Assembly (NCBI GenBank): GCA_002774875.1
Contig: PCYM01000001.1
Span: forward strand, 182,153 to 246,152
Origin: Candidatus Uhrbacteria bacterium CG10_big_fil_rev_8_21_14_0_10_50_16
GTDB lineage: Bacteria > Patescibacteriota > Patescibacteriia > UBA9934 > UBA11717
Length of the DNA: 64,000 nucleotides
Direction of reading: 5' to 3'
This document shows positions 1-9,740 of the stretch, piece after piece (within the stretch, counting starts at the first letter, position 1; every line of letters begins with the position of its first letter). The position numbers and the translations under genes are program-made. The notes under the pieces were generated by a model. That model searched no databases. It was not told the origin of the DNA and saw nothing but the letters and a program-made list of their open reading frames with translations.

Positions 1-953
1 GCTGCCACCTCATTTAGTTGTGAAATTTGGCGTATAGCACGTCTAATCAGTCGTCGTAGAATGTAACCCTGATCTTTGTTGGACGGAAATACACCGTCGG
101 CAACCATCATGACTGACGTCCGTACATGATCCGCAATAATGCGCATGGCTCGCTCGTTATCGGTGTAGGACGCATGTGAAACAGATTCAATCGCCTCGAT
201 GATCGGCACAAACAAGTCCGTCTCAAACACGTTTGACTTACCAGTAAGCACCGCTAATGTTCGCTCCAATCCCATGCCTGTGTCGACATTTTGCTTTGCA
301 AGTGGCGTATAGACACCTTCTGGTGATCGATCAAACTGCATAAACACATTATTCCAAATCTCTACCCAAAGGTTATTCTCGGGATCAAACGTATCTGGCA
401 CAGCATCCGTACCTGTCCAGTAGAAAATTTCCGTGTCAGGTCCCTGCGGTCCTGAATGTTTACCACCTGCGGGCCACCAGTTATCCTCCTTACCAAGTTT
501 TGCAATGCGACCTTCTGGGATACCGAGTTCAAGCCATTTGTTAAAAGATTTTAGGTCATTGTCGCAATCATCATCCCCTGCAAACACAGAAACCGCAATC
601 CGATCCATGTCAACGTGTAAAACATCCTTGAGCAACTCAAAACTCCACGCGATTGATTCCTGTTTAAAATAGTCGCCAAGAGACCAGTTGCCTAACATTT
701 CAAAAAACGTGAGGTGCGTGTTGTCTCCTACTTCGTCGATATCGCCTGTTCGTACACACTTTTGTACGTCCACGAGGCGTGTTCCGGCAGGGTGTGTCTC
801 CCCTTTTAAATATGGGACGAGCGGATGCATTCCGGCTGTGGTAAAGAGCACAGACGGGTCATTCTCGGGAACTAAAGACGCCGAAGGAATCTCCACGTGT
901 CCCTTGGAGACAAAAAAATCGATATAGGCACGGCGTAATTGATGGGCGGTCAT
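1..953 (-). CDS. alaS: Alanine--tRNA ligase, N-terminal part (runs off the window start)
   Basis: Manual translation from CAT at 951-953: MTAHQLRRAYIDFFVSKGHVEIPSASLVPENDPSVLFTTAGMHPL...; later FFEMLGNWSLGDYFK, EIWNNVFMQ and VDTGMGLER motifs. Confidence 0.97.
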   Translation of the reverse strand, partial: MTAHQLRRAYIDFFVSKGHVEIPSASLVPENDPSVLFTTAGMHPLVPYLKGETHPAGTRLVDVQKCVRTGDIDEVGDNTHLTFFEMLGNWSLGDYFKQESIAWSFELLKDVLHVDMDRIAVSVFAGDDDCDNDLKSFNKWLELGIPEGRIAKLGKEDNWWPAGGKHSGPQGPDTEIFYWTGTDAVPDTFDPENNLWVEIWNNVFMQFDRSPEGVYTPLAKQNVDTGMGLERTLAVLTGKSNVFETDLFVPIIEAIESVSHASYTDNERAMRIIADHVRTSVMMVADGVFPSNKDQGYILRRLIRRAIRQISQLNEVA

Positions 954-1015
954 AGGAAATTGATAGTTCTAGAGAAATGCTGGTAGATGGGACAGGACAT
1001 GATACACAAAAGATC

Positions 1016-1477
1016 CTAGCGTGCTTTGGCGGCGATTTCAAGTGCCTGCCCGGCTAATTGTATCAAATTTGGGACCGTATCGAGATTTTTGATCTCATCC
1101 TCGGTAAACCAACCAATGGCATGAGCGCCTTCCTCTTCTAAAACGGGATCCGTTGTGATCGCCCTGCAAACATAGCCTAAATCACAATGCCTGTGGGTGT
1201 CACTTACCCAATGAATATTGATAAAATGCGGCCGTAGAAGTGGTGTTGTCTGTGCGTCTTTTTCACACGGACACAGTTCAGCAAGAACCTCTACCTCTAA
1301 TCCACACTCTTCTTGAATCTCCCGTAAAAGTGCCTGGTCCGGATTTTCATCGAGTTCAATATGCCCTCCAATCTGGAGCCATTTATTGAGTTTTTTATGG
1401 TGCACAAGGAGAATTTTATCCTCATGCACAATAAAAGCAGAAGCCGTAAAGTCTATAAGATCGTGAATATGCGCCAT
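1016..1477 (-). CDS. NUDIX hydrolase
   Basis: Nudix box GGHIELDENPDQALLREIQEECGL. Confidence 0.92.
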   Translation of the reverse strand: MAHIHDLIDFTASAFIVHEDKILLVHHKKLNKWLQIGGHIELDENPDQALLREIQEECGLEVEVLAELCPCEKDAQTTPLLRPHFINIHWVSDTHRHCDLGYVCRAITTDPVLEEEGAHAIGWFTEDEIKNLDTVPNLIQLAGQALEIAAKAR

Positions 1478-1480
1478 AGA

Positions 1481-3115
1481 TTAAAAGGAAGATTCAATCG
1501 CAGAGTCTGCGGATTCGGAAAGTCGATATTTTCGAAACAATCGACGCTGTAAGCTACACCAAAGCGTCGTGAGTTCTGGGCTGCGCCAGATCCACGCAGC
1601 AAGGATATATACAATAAGCCCCGCAATACCCGCCACGAGTCCCTGTCCTAGGATACCAAAAAATGTGTTCGTTGGAATCACGCGTTCGTAGAGTATCTTC
1701 ATAGCTTGAATCATGAGTCCTCCAAGTAAACTCGCGACACAAAAGGTAATGAGTGACTGCAAAATTCTTGATTCATCGAGTCCGTGAAGCTTCCGTGAGA
1801 TAAAAAACCATAAGCAAATGAGCTGCAAAATACTTGCCAAGGAAAACGCCATGGCAATCCCGGCTACGCCGTAGCTGTGACTCCAGTAGAGGGCAAGGAC
1901 AATATTGATAGCAGCCGTAGCTAGCGCAATAAGGGCGGGCGTGAGCGTGTTTTTAAACGCAAAATAAACGCGAACAAGCAACGGAATGAGGGCTTGTGCA
2001 AATAAACTCAGGACAAAAAATGCTAGCGTGTGCGCTGTGAGAATTGTCGAATCCCAATCAATGACGCCTGCTCCTAAAACAACACGGACAATTTGAATGC
2101 GTAATAGTAAGAAGACAACACTGAGAGGGATAATCAAAAACAGGATATTACGAGTGGTGGTGGAAATTGTCGCTCGCATCTTTGCCATGTCTTCATTGTT
2201 TGCTTGCTCACTAAGCAGAGGAAACGCGGCGATAGCAAACGAGATTCCCACGATTCCAATCGGCACATATTGAATATTATTTGCAAAATTAAAGATAGCA
2301 ATACTCCCTACTGCTAGTAACGACGCGATGGCCGTCATAACAATGAGATTTAATTGTGATATCCCAAGGCCGACAATGCGCGGTCCCATTAAATACAAAA
2401 GCGTACGAACATCTGGATCTCTCCAATCCCAAACCATCCGGTATCGCCATCCCGAATGGATCGCCCCCACTAATTGAATAAGAAAATGAAGAAATGAACC
2501 GAGCACAACCCCCCAGGCAACGGTTGCGATACCACCGCCAACAAATCCTGTGACAATAACACCACTAATAATTCCAATGTTATAGAGCAAAGGTGCGATT
2601 GCATACAGTGTAAATCGTTTAAGGCCTTGTAGTACTCCGCCAAAGACGCTTGAAAGTCCCAATAAAATCGTCGCAAAATACATGATGCGAGAGATTCCCA
2701 CAGCCTGATCTACGGTTGCCGCATTAAATCCTGGCGCAATCATGTGCAGAATCTGCGGTGTATAGATCATTCCAATTCCGGACAAGAGGATTAAAAATGC
2801 CCCCATGATATGTAGCACGTTATTGGTGAACTCCCATGCCAGGTCGGAATTTTTAGAAAAGCGTTTTGAGAAAAACGGAATAAACCCTGCCGACAAAGCG
2901 CCGAGAACCAAAAATGTAAAAATGAGGTCTGGGATTCTAAATGCCGCGTAATACACGTCGAGCTCGACACCCGCACCAAATGTTCCTGCAAGGAGTCGAT
3001 CGCGGATGAGTCCAAGAACCCGTGAGGCGAGTGCGGTGGCGCCTAACAAAACAGCAGCGCCAACAATGGTCGGTGCTGCTGCGCCTTCTCGTTGTCTGTT
3101 TCTAGTCCGTCTCAT
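1481..3115 (-). CDS. murJ: Lipid II flippase MurJ (MviN)
   Basis: SRVLGLIRD...FGAG..LDVYYAAFRIPD, GALSAGFIP, many TM segments; start moved to ATG at 3115. Confidence 0.95.
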   Translation of the reverse strand: MRRTRNRQREGAAAPTIVGAAVLLGATALASRVLGLIRDRLLAGTFGAGVELDVYYAAFRIPDLIFTFLVLGALSAGFIPFFSKRFSKNSDLAWEFTNNVLHIMGAFLILLSGIGMIYTPQILHMIAPGFNAATVDQAVGISRIMYFATILLGLSSVFGGVLQGLKRFTLYAIAPLLYNIGIISGVIVTGFVGGGIATVAWGVVLGSFLHFLIQLVGAIHSGWRYRMVWDWRDPDVRTLLYLMGPRIVGLGISQLNLIVMTAIASLLAVGSIAIFNFANNIQYVPIGIVGISFAIAAFPLLSEQANNEDMAKMRATISTTTRNILFLIIPLSVVFLLLRIQIVRVVLGAGVIDWDSTILTAHTLAFFVLSLFAQALIPLLVRVYFAFKNTLTPALIALATAAINIVLALYWSHSYGVAGIAMAFSLASILQLICLWFFISRKLHGLDESRILQSLITFCVASLLGGLMIQAMKILYERVIPTNTFFGILGQGLVAGIAGLIVYILAAWIWRSPELTTLWCSLQRRLFRKYRLSESADSAIESSF

Positions 3116-4262
3116 GTTTAGAGGGTCGCAAGATGGTTGCAAGCGACAGGAGAAGAATAACCACTAGCACAATGACAAATGCAAGGAACACGGGATTTGC
3201 AAGATGAAAAAAGGAAATGGTGATAAATGCTCGATCCTCGTTAATCGTTCCATCTTGACTTGTGACCATGAGCTGAACCTCGTACGTGCCGGCACCAGAA
3301 AACACGTGAACCGTGGAGGCATCGTGTGATTGTTCGCCATCTCCAAAGTCCCACGCCACGATTACAGGTACGACATCTGATTGAAACGTCTCAAAAGAAA
3401 ACGTATTCCATCCAAGTTTGTGTACTTCAAAAATGGCATTTGCGGAAAGTGCTTCCGGTTCACCGAGATCTGTCGGTTGCTCGTCACTTGAGCCGGTTTC
3501 TCCAAACGCAAATAACTTTGCAAATAAACTATCCTCCGTTGCAGCTATCTCGGTACTATTTGCTTGTACAGGCTCTTTTTGTTGATCAACGTGAGTATCT
3601 GAGACAGGCACATTGACAACATTTGGCACAAGCGGATCCTCGTCATCTAGGTCTGATATACCGTCATTGTCCGTATCAGCCTTCAATGGATCTGTCCCGA
3701 GGGTTTGTTCTACTTCATCTGTAATTCCATCGTTGTCGTCGTCAATGTCACAGACATCTCCAACCCCGTCTCCATCCGTATCACGTTGGTCCGCATTTGC
3801 TGCACGTGGACAGTTGTCTTGCTCATCCAGAATTGTATCCATGTCTTGATCCTGAATGGGTTGTAATAGCATCGTTACAACCGAGTTGTTTGCCGTAACC
3901 TGATCAACAGGTGTTGTGCTTTCGATCCTAACAGCAATATTAAACGGTTGATTGGGAACGATATAGTCCACAAACACTTCTTCATCGAATCCTCCAACGG
4001 GCAAGGAGATTGCCTGAGAATTCCCGATTTTTGTATCTGCCATATAAAACCCAACGGAGCCCGTAGCATCGACATCTCCATAGTTTCTCAAACGCGCATA
4101 GATACGAACCGTCTGACCAATATACACGTCTTGCTGGGACAAATAGACGCCCTTACCCGCAAAACCGACGTCAACCGTTTCCGCAGAAACAGCAAATGGT
4201 AAAAGAACAAAAACAAAGCAGCTAAGGACGAGGCGGAGAATCCTGTTTGTATTCAAAGTCAT
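3102..4262 (-). CDS. Membrane-anchored surface protein with CARDB-like Ig, thrombospondin type-3 Ca-binding repeats and PKD domain
   Basis: Signal peptide; DNCPRAANADQRDTDGDGVGDVCDIDDDNDG; WDFGDG...HVFSGAGTYEVQL; C-terminal TM helix. Confidence 0.85.
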   Translation of the reverse strand: MTLNTNRILRLVLSCFVFVLLPFAVSAETVDVGFAGKGVYLSQQDVYIGQTVRIYARLRNYGDVDATGSVGFYMADTKIGNSQAISLPVGGFDEEVFVDYIVPNQPFNIAVRIESTTPVDQVTANNSVVTMLLQPIQDQDMDTILDEQDNCPRAANADQRDTDGDGVGDVCDIDDDNDGITDEVEQTLGTDPLKADTDNDGISDLDDEDPLVPNVVNVPVSDTHVDQQKEPVQANSTEIAATEDSLFAKLFAFGETGSSDEQPTDLGEPEALSANAIFEVHKLGWNTFSFETFQSDVVPVIVAWDFGDGEQSHDASTVHVFSGAGTYEVQLMVTSQDGTINEDRAFITISFFHLANPVFLAFVIVLVVILLLSLATILRPSKHETD

Positions 4263-4941
4263 AGATGGCTGGTTTGCGAATCGGTCCCCTCAGGATCATA
4301 AAGACTTCACTGAGGAAGTACTTGATAGTAAGGCGTACTCGTCCTTCTTTTCTCCAGCGGCGCATGGGTGTGTACACCGAATGTGAACGTAGTATACCAA
4401 ACTCTCCCACATCTGAGCCAAGGCGTGCGTAGTGCATATCTTCGGCAAGCGTAACGGTTTCATCGAACCCGCCAATTGCTTCGTGTACAAACCGTTTTGC
4501 AAACATACATGTGCCTACCGCGTGCGGGAGGTGTTTTCCTAAAAGGTGCGTATACGCGTTATAAAACCGGTATGTGAGTCGATCGAGTTGATTCCCGTCC
4601 GAAGGCCGTACATCAATCGCTGCAAGATCCAGCTGCTTGTGTCGCATTTCACTCAGAGTATCTTGGAGAAAATGATCAGATCGTAAAATGGCGTCTGCGT
4701 CCATAAAGAGAAAGATATCCCCCTTTGCAACAGCCGCCCCTAAATTTCTCCCAGCTCCCGGCAGTCCTCCGTCTACAATAACCGCACTCAACGATTTTGC
4801 AATCTCACGGGTGCGATCGGTAGAAAACGCGTCGGCAACAATCACTTCAAAATCCTTAAAGGATTGCTCGCTGAGCTGAGTCAGTAAGCGTTCAATGTTG
4901 GTCTCCTCGTTTTTTGCCGGTATGACAATGGAGACAAACAT
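4222..4941 (-). CDS. Glycosyltransferase family 2
   Basis: VSIVIPAKNEE, VADAFSTDRT, RNLGA, FMDAD, GGFDE...ED. Confidence 0.93.
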   Translation of the reverse strand: MFVSIVIPAKNEETNIERLLTQLSEQSFKDFEVIVADAFSTDRTREIAKSLSAVIVDGGLPGAGRNLGAAVAKGDIFLFMDADAILRSDHFLQDTLSEMRHKQLDLAAIDVRPSDGNQLDRLTYRFYNAYTHLLGKHLPHAVGTCMFAKRFVHEAIGGFDETVTLAEDMHYARLGSDVGEFGILRSHSVYTPMRRWRKEGRVRLTIKYFLSEVFMILRGPIRKPAIYDFEYKQDSPPRP

Positions 4942-4944
4942 AAG

Positions 4945-5436
4945 TTAGTTGAGTTTTATTGGAGGTACGTCTACGAGATAAAAGAGCCCATCGACGTTTT
5001 TCATACGAAACTGTGTCGTATTTTTTTTGATCTGACACTCGGTATCGATACAGACAGGTTGTCGATTCCCTTCACTATCCAAAAACGCCACTGTGTGAGG
5101 AAAGAGACCCGATGTTGTGGCGGTGCCTAACCCATCGATCTCGACGCGTGTGCAAAAATGATCTTCACACAGTGTCTTAAGATCGGACGCAATGTCATCT
5201 GCTGATTTATTTTCTGCGAAACAAGGCTTTGATGAACAGTTTGCCTGTACATACTCGGCTGCCTGGGCATAATTTTTTGCCGCAAGCGCATCAAAGAAGC
5301 TTACAAGCTCCGCGGATCCATCTTCAGAGACCACACGATCACCTGTTACCCCAGGAGCACCAGGCTTATAAACAAAGACAGCGACCAAAATAAGCACAAT
5401 AATTCCAAGTGGTAAAAGCAGTTTGAGAGGTTTCAT
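4945..5436 (-). CDS. Hypothetical exported protein with N-terminal anchor and Cys pairs
   Basis: 163-aa ORF in operon orientation; hydrophobic N-terminus. Confidence 0.75.
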   Translation of the reverse strand: MKPLKLLLPLGIIVLILVAVFVYKPGAPGVTGDRVVSEDGSAELVSFFDALAAKNYAQAAEYVQANCSSKPCFAENKSADDIASDLKTLCEDHFCTRVEIDGLGTATTSGLFPHTVAFLDSEGNRQPVCIDTECQIKKNTTQFRMKNVDGLFYLVDVPPIKLN

Positions 5437-5463
5437 AGTTGTTTGATTCAGTAAAAGTATAAC

Positions 5464-5907
5464 TTATTTATGTGTGAGTGCATAGAGTCCTACCCCGCAC
5501 GCAACAGAAATATTGAGGGATGTTTTTGTGCCCTGCATAGGAATGTACAGGCGCAAGTCCGCGGCATTAAGCACGTCTTCCGGCAATCCCTCCGGCTCGT
5601 TACCAAAGAGAATCACAGCGTCCGAGGGGACTTGGACATCTTCCACTGACGGAAAAGACGGGTTCGATTCAAAAGCAACCACGGCTTTCCCTTCTGTCTG
5701 CAGTCGATCGATCAACGCGAGGATGTCTGGTTCGTGTGACCAAGGAATGGTGTCATCCGCTCCAAGCGCCGTTTTTGCAATCTCCAGTCGAGGTGGCGTA
5801 GCTGTATACCCGGCGAGGTAGAGATGTTTGACGCCAAATGCATCACAATTCCTAAAACACGCACCAATATTAAAGAGGCTGCGAATATTGTGAATAACCA
5901 CTTCCAT
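5464..5907 (-). CDS. SpoU/TrmH family RNA methyltransferase
   Basis: HNIRSLFNIGACFR, FGNEPEGL, IPMQGTKTSLNISVA. Confidence 0.93.
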   Translation of the reverse strand: MEVVIHNIRSLFNIGACFRNCDAFGVKHLYLAGYTATPPRLEIAKTALGADDTIPWSHEPDILALIDRLQTEGKAVVAFESNPSFPSVEDVQVPSDAVILFGNEPEGLPEDVLNAADLRLYIPMQGTKTSLNISVACGVGLYALTHK

Positions 5908-5995
5908 AGTGCTGAGAGTAAACAGGAATGAAACGTTTCGGTCAAGCGGAACATCCACCCTTTACAAAAGCCGCATTTTAGGCTAGTATGCCCGC

Positions 5996-6844
5996 ATGAA
6001 AACAGGATTCGTCACACTCTTTGGACGCTCCAACGTTGGCAAGTCCACCTTGCTCAATCGTTTGGTTGGGACAAAGGTTGCCATTACCTCTCCAAAACCA
6101 CAAACAACACGGCATCAAATTCAGGGGGTCGTACATTCAGAGGACGGACAGATTGTCTTTGTGGATACACCGGGAATCTTTACTACGTCTCGTGATAACC
6201 TCACCAAGTATCTTAATAAGACGGCGCAGAGTGCTCTTAAAGACGTCGATATTGTGATCCACGTGGTAGACCCAACGCGCCCAATTGGACCGGAGGACAA
6301 AAAGATTTTTAGCATTATCCGCGAGCTCAAACTGCCAAAGGTCCTCGTGATCAATAAGATTGACGTCTACCAGCCCCGCTATCTCGCCTCTTTTGAAGCG
6401 ATGGCCGATGAGTATGACACCGTCGTGAAACTCTCCGCTAAGGATGGTCAGCACACAAAGGCCCTCGTGAACGCGCTTATCGAATTATTGCCAGAGGGCG
6501 ATCCGATCTACGAACACGGTCAGTTTACCAACCTCGACAATGAATTCTGGTTTGCAGAGTTAATTCGAGAGAAGTTGTTTCTTCGACTCTCTGAAGAAGT
6601 CCCTTACTCTCTCACGGTAAAAGTGGACGAAATTGAACGTCGCGCCGATAACACGCTCTACATCAAAGCACGTATCATCACTAACGCGGATCGATATAAG
6701 GGAATGATTGTAGGAAAAGGCGGACGCGGTATTAAGGAGATTGGTCAGTCTGCGCGTAGAGAGATTGAAAACGCAACCAACTCAAACGTGTACCTGGACT
6801 TACAGGTGAGCGTCAACGAGCATTGGACCGAGGAATATAAATAA
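5996..6844 (+). CDS. era: GTPase Era
   Basis: GRSNVGKSTLLN, KPQTTR, DTPG, NKID, KH domain IVGKGG. Confidence 0.97.
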   Translation: MKTGFVTLFGRSNVGKSTLLNRLVGTKVAITSPKPQTTRHQIQGVVHSEDGQIVFVDTPGIFTTSRDNLTKYLNKTAQSALKDVDIVIHVVDPTRPIGPEDKKIFSIIRELKLPKVLVINKIDVYQPRYLASFEAMADEYDTVVKLSAKDGQHTKALVNALIELLPEGDPIYEHGQFTNLDNEFWFAELIREKLFLRLSEEVPYSLTVKVDEIERRADNTLYIKARIITNADRYKGMIVGKGGRGIKEIGQSARREIENATNSNVYLDLQVSVNEHWTEEYK

Positions 6845-6846
6845 CC

Positions 6847-7293
6847 CTACACCGTTTGGTGGAGGGTTATTTTGTTGAGGTTTCCGTTGAGCACCGTTGG
6901 CTGCATGGCAAGCATCTCGTCTGTGTAGGTGAGATTGGGTAATGGATAAAGAACAAAGATCGGCTTGTTGAGTACGTGGGCGAATCCCATTTCCAGGAAT
7001 GTGTTTCCGCCAATGTACCCCGGGACACCATTTTTCTCAATATTGGTTACCAACACGGCATCGCCTTCCGCAATCTTTTTGTAATGCGTGCGAATAGCAT
7101 CATATTGGATGGATAACGTGTGGTGTTGACCTGCTTGTTTAAGCACCTCGAGTTGAGCAAGATCGAGGTCTCCCGCCCGTACCAAATCCGCGCTAAGAGG
7201 CACAATTGTCTCATGACCCAACGCGTCGAGTTCGGTCTTAAGGACATCCATCTCTTTAACAAACGTCAAACTGCCACAAATCACCAGTCGCAT
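6847..7293 (-). CDS. Hypothetical protein, nucleoside 2-deoxyribosyltransferase-like fold
   Basis: ICGS near the N-terminus, DAVLV.N...GYIGGNTFLEMGFAHVLNKPIF. Confidence 0.7.
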   Translation of the reverse strand: MRLVICGSLTFVKEMDVLKTELDALGHETIVPLSADLVRAGDLDLAQLEVLKQAGQHHTLSIQYDAIRTHYKKIAEGDAVLVTNIEKNGVPGYIGGNTFLEMGFAHVLNKPIFVLYPLPNLTYTDEMLAMQPTVLNGNLNKITLHQTV

Positions 7294-7294
7294 A

Positions 7295-7564
7295 TTAATT
7301 TTGAATCTTCTCGCCTGCGGCCCACAGGCGAAGCGTTGCCTCATCTGTTCCGCCACAGATCCATTGATCCGACTTGGTGTTAAGAAAGAACGGAACGCCA
7401 GGGCAACGATTTTGATTTACCTCATTCATTTTCTTGGCATTTTCCTCGTTATTCCACACCTCCAACTTTTCTATTGCCACGCCCTCGGCAATCAACTTGT
7501 CGATAATTGGCATCATTTCTACACAATGCGGACACGTTTCTCCGTAAAATTCGAGTAAAGCCAT
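7295..7564 (-). CDS. Thioredoxin/glutaredoxin-like protein
   Basis: FYGETCPHC motif, cis-Pro motif GVPFF. Confidence 0.88.
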   Translation of the reverse strand: MALLEFYGETCPHCVEMMPIIDKLIAEGVAIEKLEVWNNEENAKKMNEVNQNRCPGVPFFLNTKSDQWICGGTDEATLRLWAAGEKIQN

Positions 7565-7646
7565 ACAGTCACATTTAGGAATAATTTGTCACATGGCGCT
7601 AGTATAACATCTTGCTGCACGACAGAAAACACCGTACTATAGTCTT

Positions 7647-8189
7647 ATGTCTATAGGAAGATCACAACGTGCACTTCGCCTTTTTGCTGTACTCGCGATT
7701 CCATTTGCACTCTGGCAGACGCTCGACTGGTCTCCACGACCCGTTTTTTTGGTCGCCGATGCCACAGACGGCGTTGCACACCTGCACAAAGAGGTGCATC
7801 TTGTTCCGGGACTACGCATTCTCAGTAGAGCAACTATTCAGACACAATCCCTCCCTGCTCTCCTCACATTCGAAGGGACATCCCTCACGCTCGATTCCCG
7901 ATCACAGGTTAAAATCAAAGAAATTGCAACAGATCATCTCTCGTTTTTTTCTACACGCGGTCATGTTTGGATGACGCCCGACCGACAATTTACGTTCTGC
8001 ACGCGCGCAACATGTACCACAAGCAACGAGCCGATTGAGTTGTTTTACTACACGCCAGGTGAAGTTGTGGAGATCCGCGCTGCCGGCGAGGCGACCGTAA
8101 CATTTTTAGACACAGACTATTTTTTGCACGCAGGCGACAAACTCACCATCGACGAACTCACGCACGACGTGCAGACATTTACACCGTAA
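7647..8189 (+). CDS. Hypothetical membrane-anchored beta-rich protein (FecR-like)
   Basis: N-terminal TM, beta-strand-rich body; -10 box TATAGT just upstream. Confidence 0.6.
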   Translation: MSIGRSQRALRLFAVLAIPFALWQTLDWSPRPVFLVADATDGVAHLHKEVHLVPGLRILSRATIQTQSLPALLTFEGTSLTLDSRSQVKIKEIATDHLSFFSTRGHVWMTPDRQFTFCTRATCTTSNEPIELFYYTPGEVVEIRAAGEATVTFLDTDYFLHAGDKLTIDELTHDVQTFTP

Positions 8190-9531
8190 GCCAGGTGCCA
8201 AATTCTGGCATCTCCACATTCTCAACTCCTTTAGTAGCAAGATACGCTTTAAAAGCCTTTTGCGCCTTAACGTCCCCGTGTACAAGCTGCACGTTTTTTG
8301 GTTGCGCGGCCGATACCCAGTTTCCGAGTTTATTGTAATCCGCATGACCGCTATAGCTTTCGATCTTTATTACACGTGCGCGTACAGGCACGGTGTAGTC
8401 AAAAATATGCACGGGTGATTTTCCTTCCGCAATATCATTTCCGAGCGTTCCTGGTGCCTGATATCCCGTAACAAGAAGCGTATTATTGGCGTCGTCCAAG
8501 TAGCGAACAAGATGGTGTTGAATACGTCCCGCGTTCATCATACCGGAACCCGCAATAATCACTTTTGGATTTGGAACTTGGTTGATTTGCTTAGACGCGT
8601 CCACCGTGTCCGTAACATGAAGTTCCTTGAACGCAAAAAAGTTGTTATCTGTAAAACCGTCCGGTACGTCAAACTGCATCATCTCTGTGTCCTGACTGTA
8701 CTTTTGGAAGACGGCAATGGCCGTAATGGCAAGAGGGCTATCCAAAAACACTTGGCCCGGGTTGAGTCCGTCATGTTCGATAAGCTCATTCATTTCAAAC
8801 AGAATTTCCTGTGTACGCTCAATAGAAAACGCCGGAATCATAAGCACGCCATTTTGTTTGTGGTTGCGAAGAATCTCTGCACGTAATTGTTCCTTGCGTT
8901 CCTCGCGCTCCGGATGCAGCCGGTCTCCATACGTTGATTCGCAAACGAGAACATCTAGATTTGTTGGTAGCGCCTCCGTGTCATGGAGGAGTGGTGTGAT
9001 TGTAGAACCTACGTCGCCACTAAACGCGATCCGCTTTCCCTCTAACTCCAAAACCACAAAACTTGAACCCAGAATGTGCCCTGTATCATAGAACGTGGCC
9101 GTCACACCCTCCACGATTTCAAACGAGGAACGATACGTAACGGTCTGCCAACGTTTGTACGCCGCTTCCAAATCCTTTTCGCCGTAGAGTTCGTCCAAGT
9201 GACATTCCTCCGCATGGATGAGCATAATGTGATGCGCGTCCTCTAAGTTGATCTGCCCAAGCTCCTTTGTAGGACCCGTAGAATAAATCTGCGGTTTTCC
9301 ACCTTGATTGAACAATCGCGGAATACGACCAACGTGATCCAGGTGCGCATGCGTGACCAAAAGAACATCGACTTGTTTTGGATCAAACCCAAATTCGTCG
9401 TAATTACGCATATCACAAATACCACCGCCTTGGTAGTATCCGCAGTCAATTAAAATCTGTTTGTCCCCTGTTTTAATGAGGTAACAAGAACCCGGGACCT
9501 GACGTGTGGCACCGAAAAATCCTATTTGCAT
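8179..9531 (-). CDS. MBL-fold beta-CASP ribonuclease (YSH1/CPSF-like)
   Basis: THAHLDHVG, GHILGS, FSGD, CESTYG, SGHAD, LVHG. Confidence 0.94.
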   Translation of the reverse strand: MQIGFFGATRQVPGSCYLIKTGDKQILIDCGYYQGGGICDMRNYDEFGFDPKQVDVLLVTHAHLDHVGRIPRLFNQGGKPQIYSTGPTKELGQINLEDAHHIMLIHAEECHLDELYGEKDLEAAYKRWQTVTYRSSFEIVEGVTATFYDTGHILGSSFVVLELEGKRIAFSGDVGSTITPLLHDTEALPTNLDVLVCESTYGDRLHPEREERKEQLRAEILRNHKQNGVLMIPAFSIERTQEILFEMNELIEHDGLNPGQVFLDSPLAITAIAVFQKYSQDTEMMQFDVPDGFTDNNFFAFKELHVTDTVDASKQINQVPNPKVIIAGSGMMNAGRIQHHLVRYLDDANNTLLVTGYQAPGTLGNDIAEGKSPVHIFDYTVPVRARVIKIESYSGHADYNKLGNWVSAAQPKNVQLVHGDVKAQKAFKAYLATKGVENVEMPEFGTWLTV

Positions 9532-9559
9532 ATTAAGTGCAGTATACAGGATTTCTCCC

Positions 9560-9674
9560 CCTTCGCCGATTCTCGTAGCACAGGCCCAATCCGATCGTGG
9601 GTGATGTCAATTTAGCGAAACAAAAAGGAGGGAGAAAGAATAAATTGATTGCTTCGTGAAACTCGCAATGACGA
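9560..9674 (-). repeat. Short copy of REP/MITE-like repeat (longer copy at 59116-59484)
   Basis: Reverse complement of 9615-9674 matches 59116-59175 at 57/60 nt; also shares CACGATC and TCGGCGAAGG blocks. Confidence 0.85.
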
Positions 9675-9740
9675 CACGGGATACTAGATGCCCCATGGAC
9701 TCTCGACAAAAACAAGTATTTATGCTAGTCTTGCGTCATT

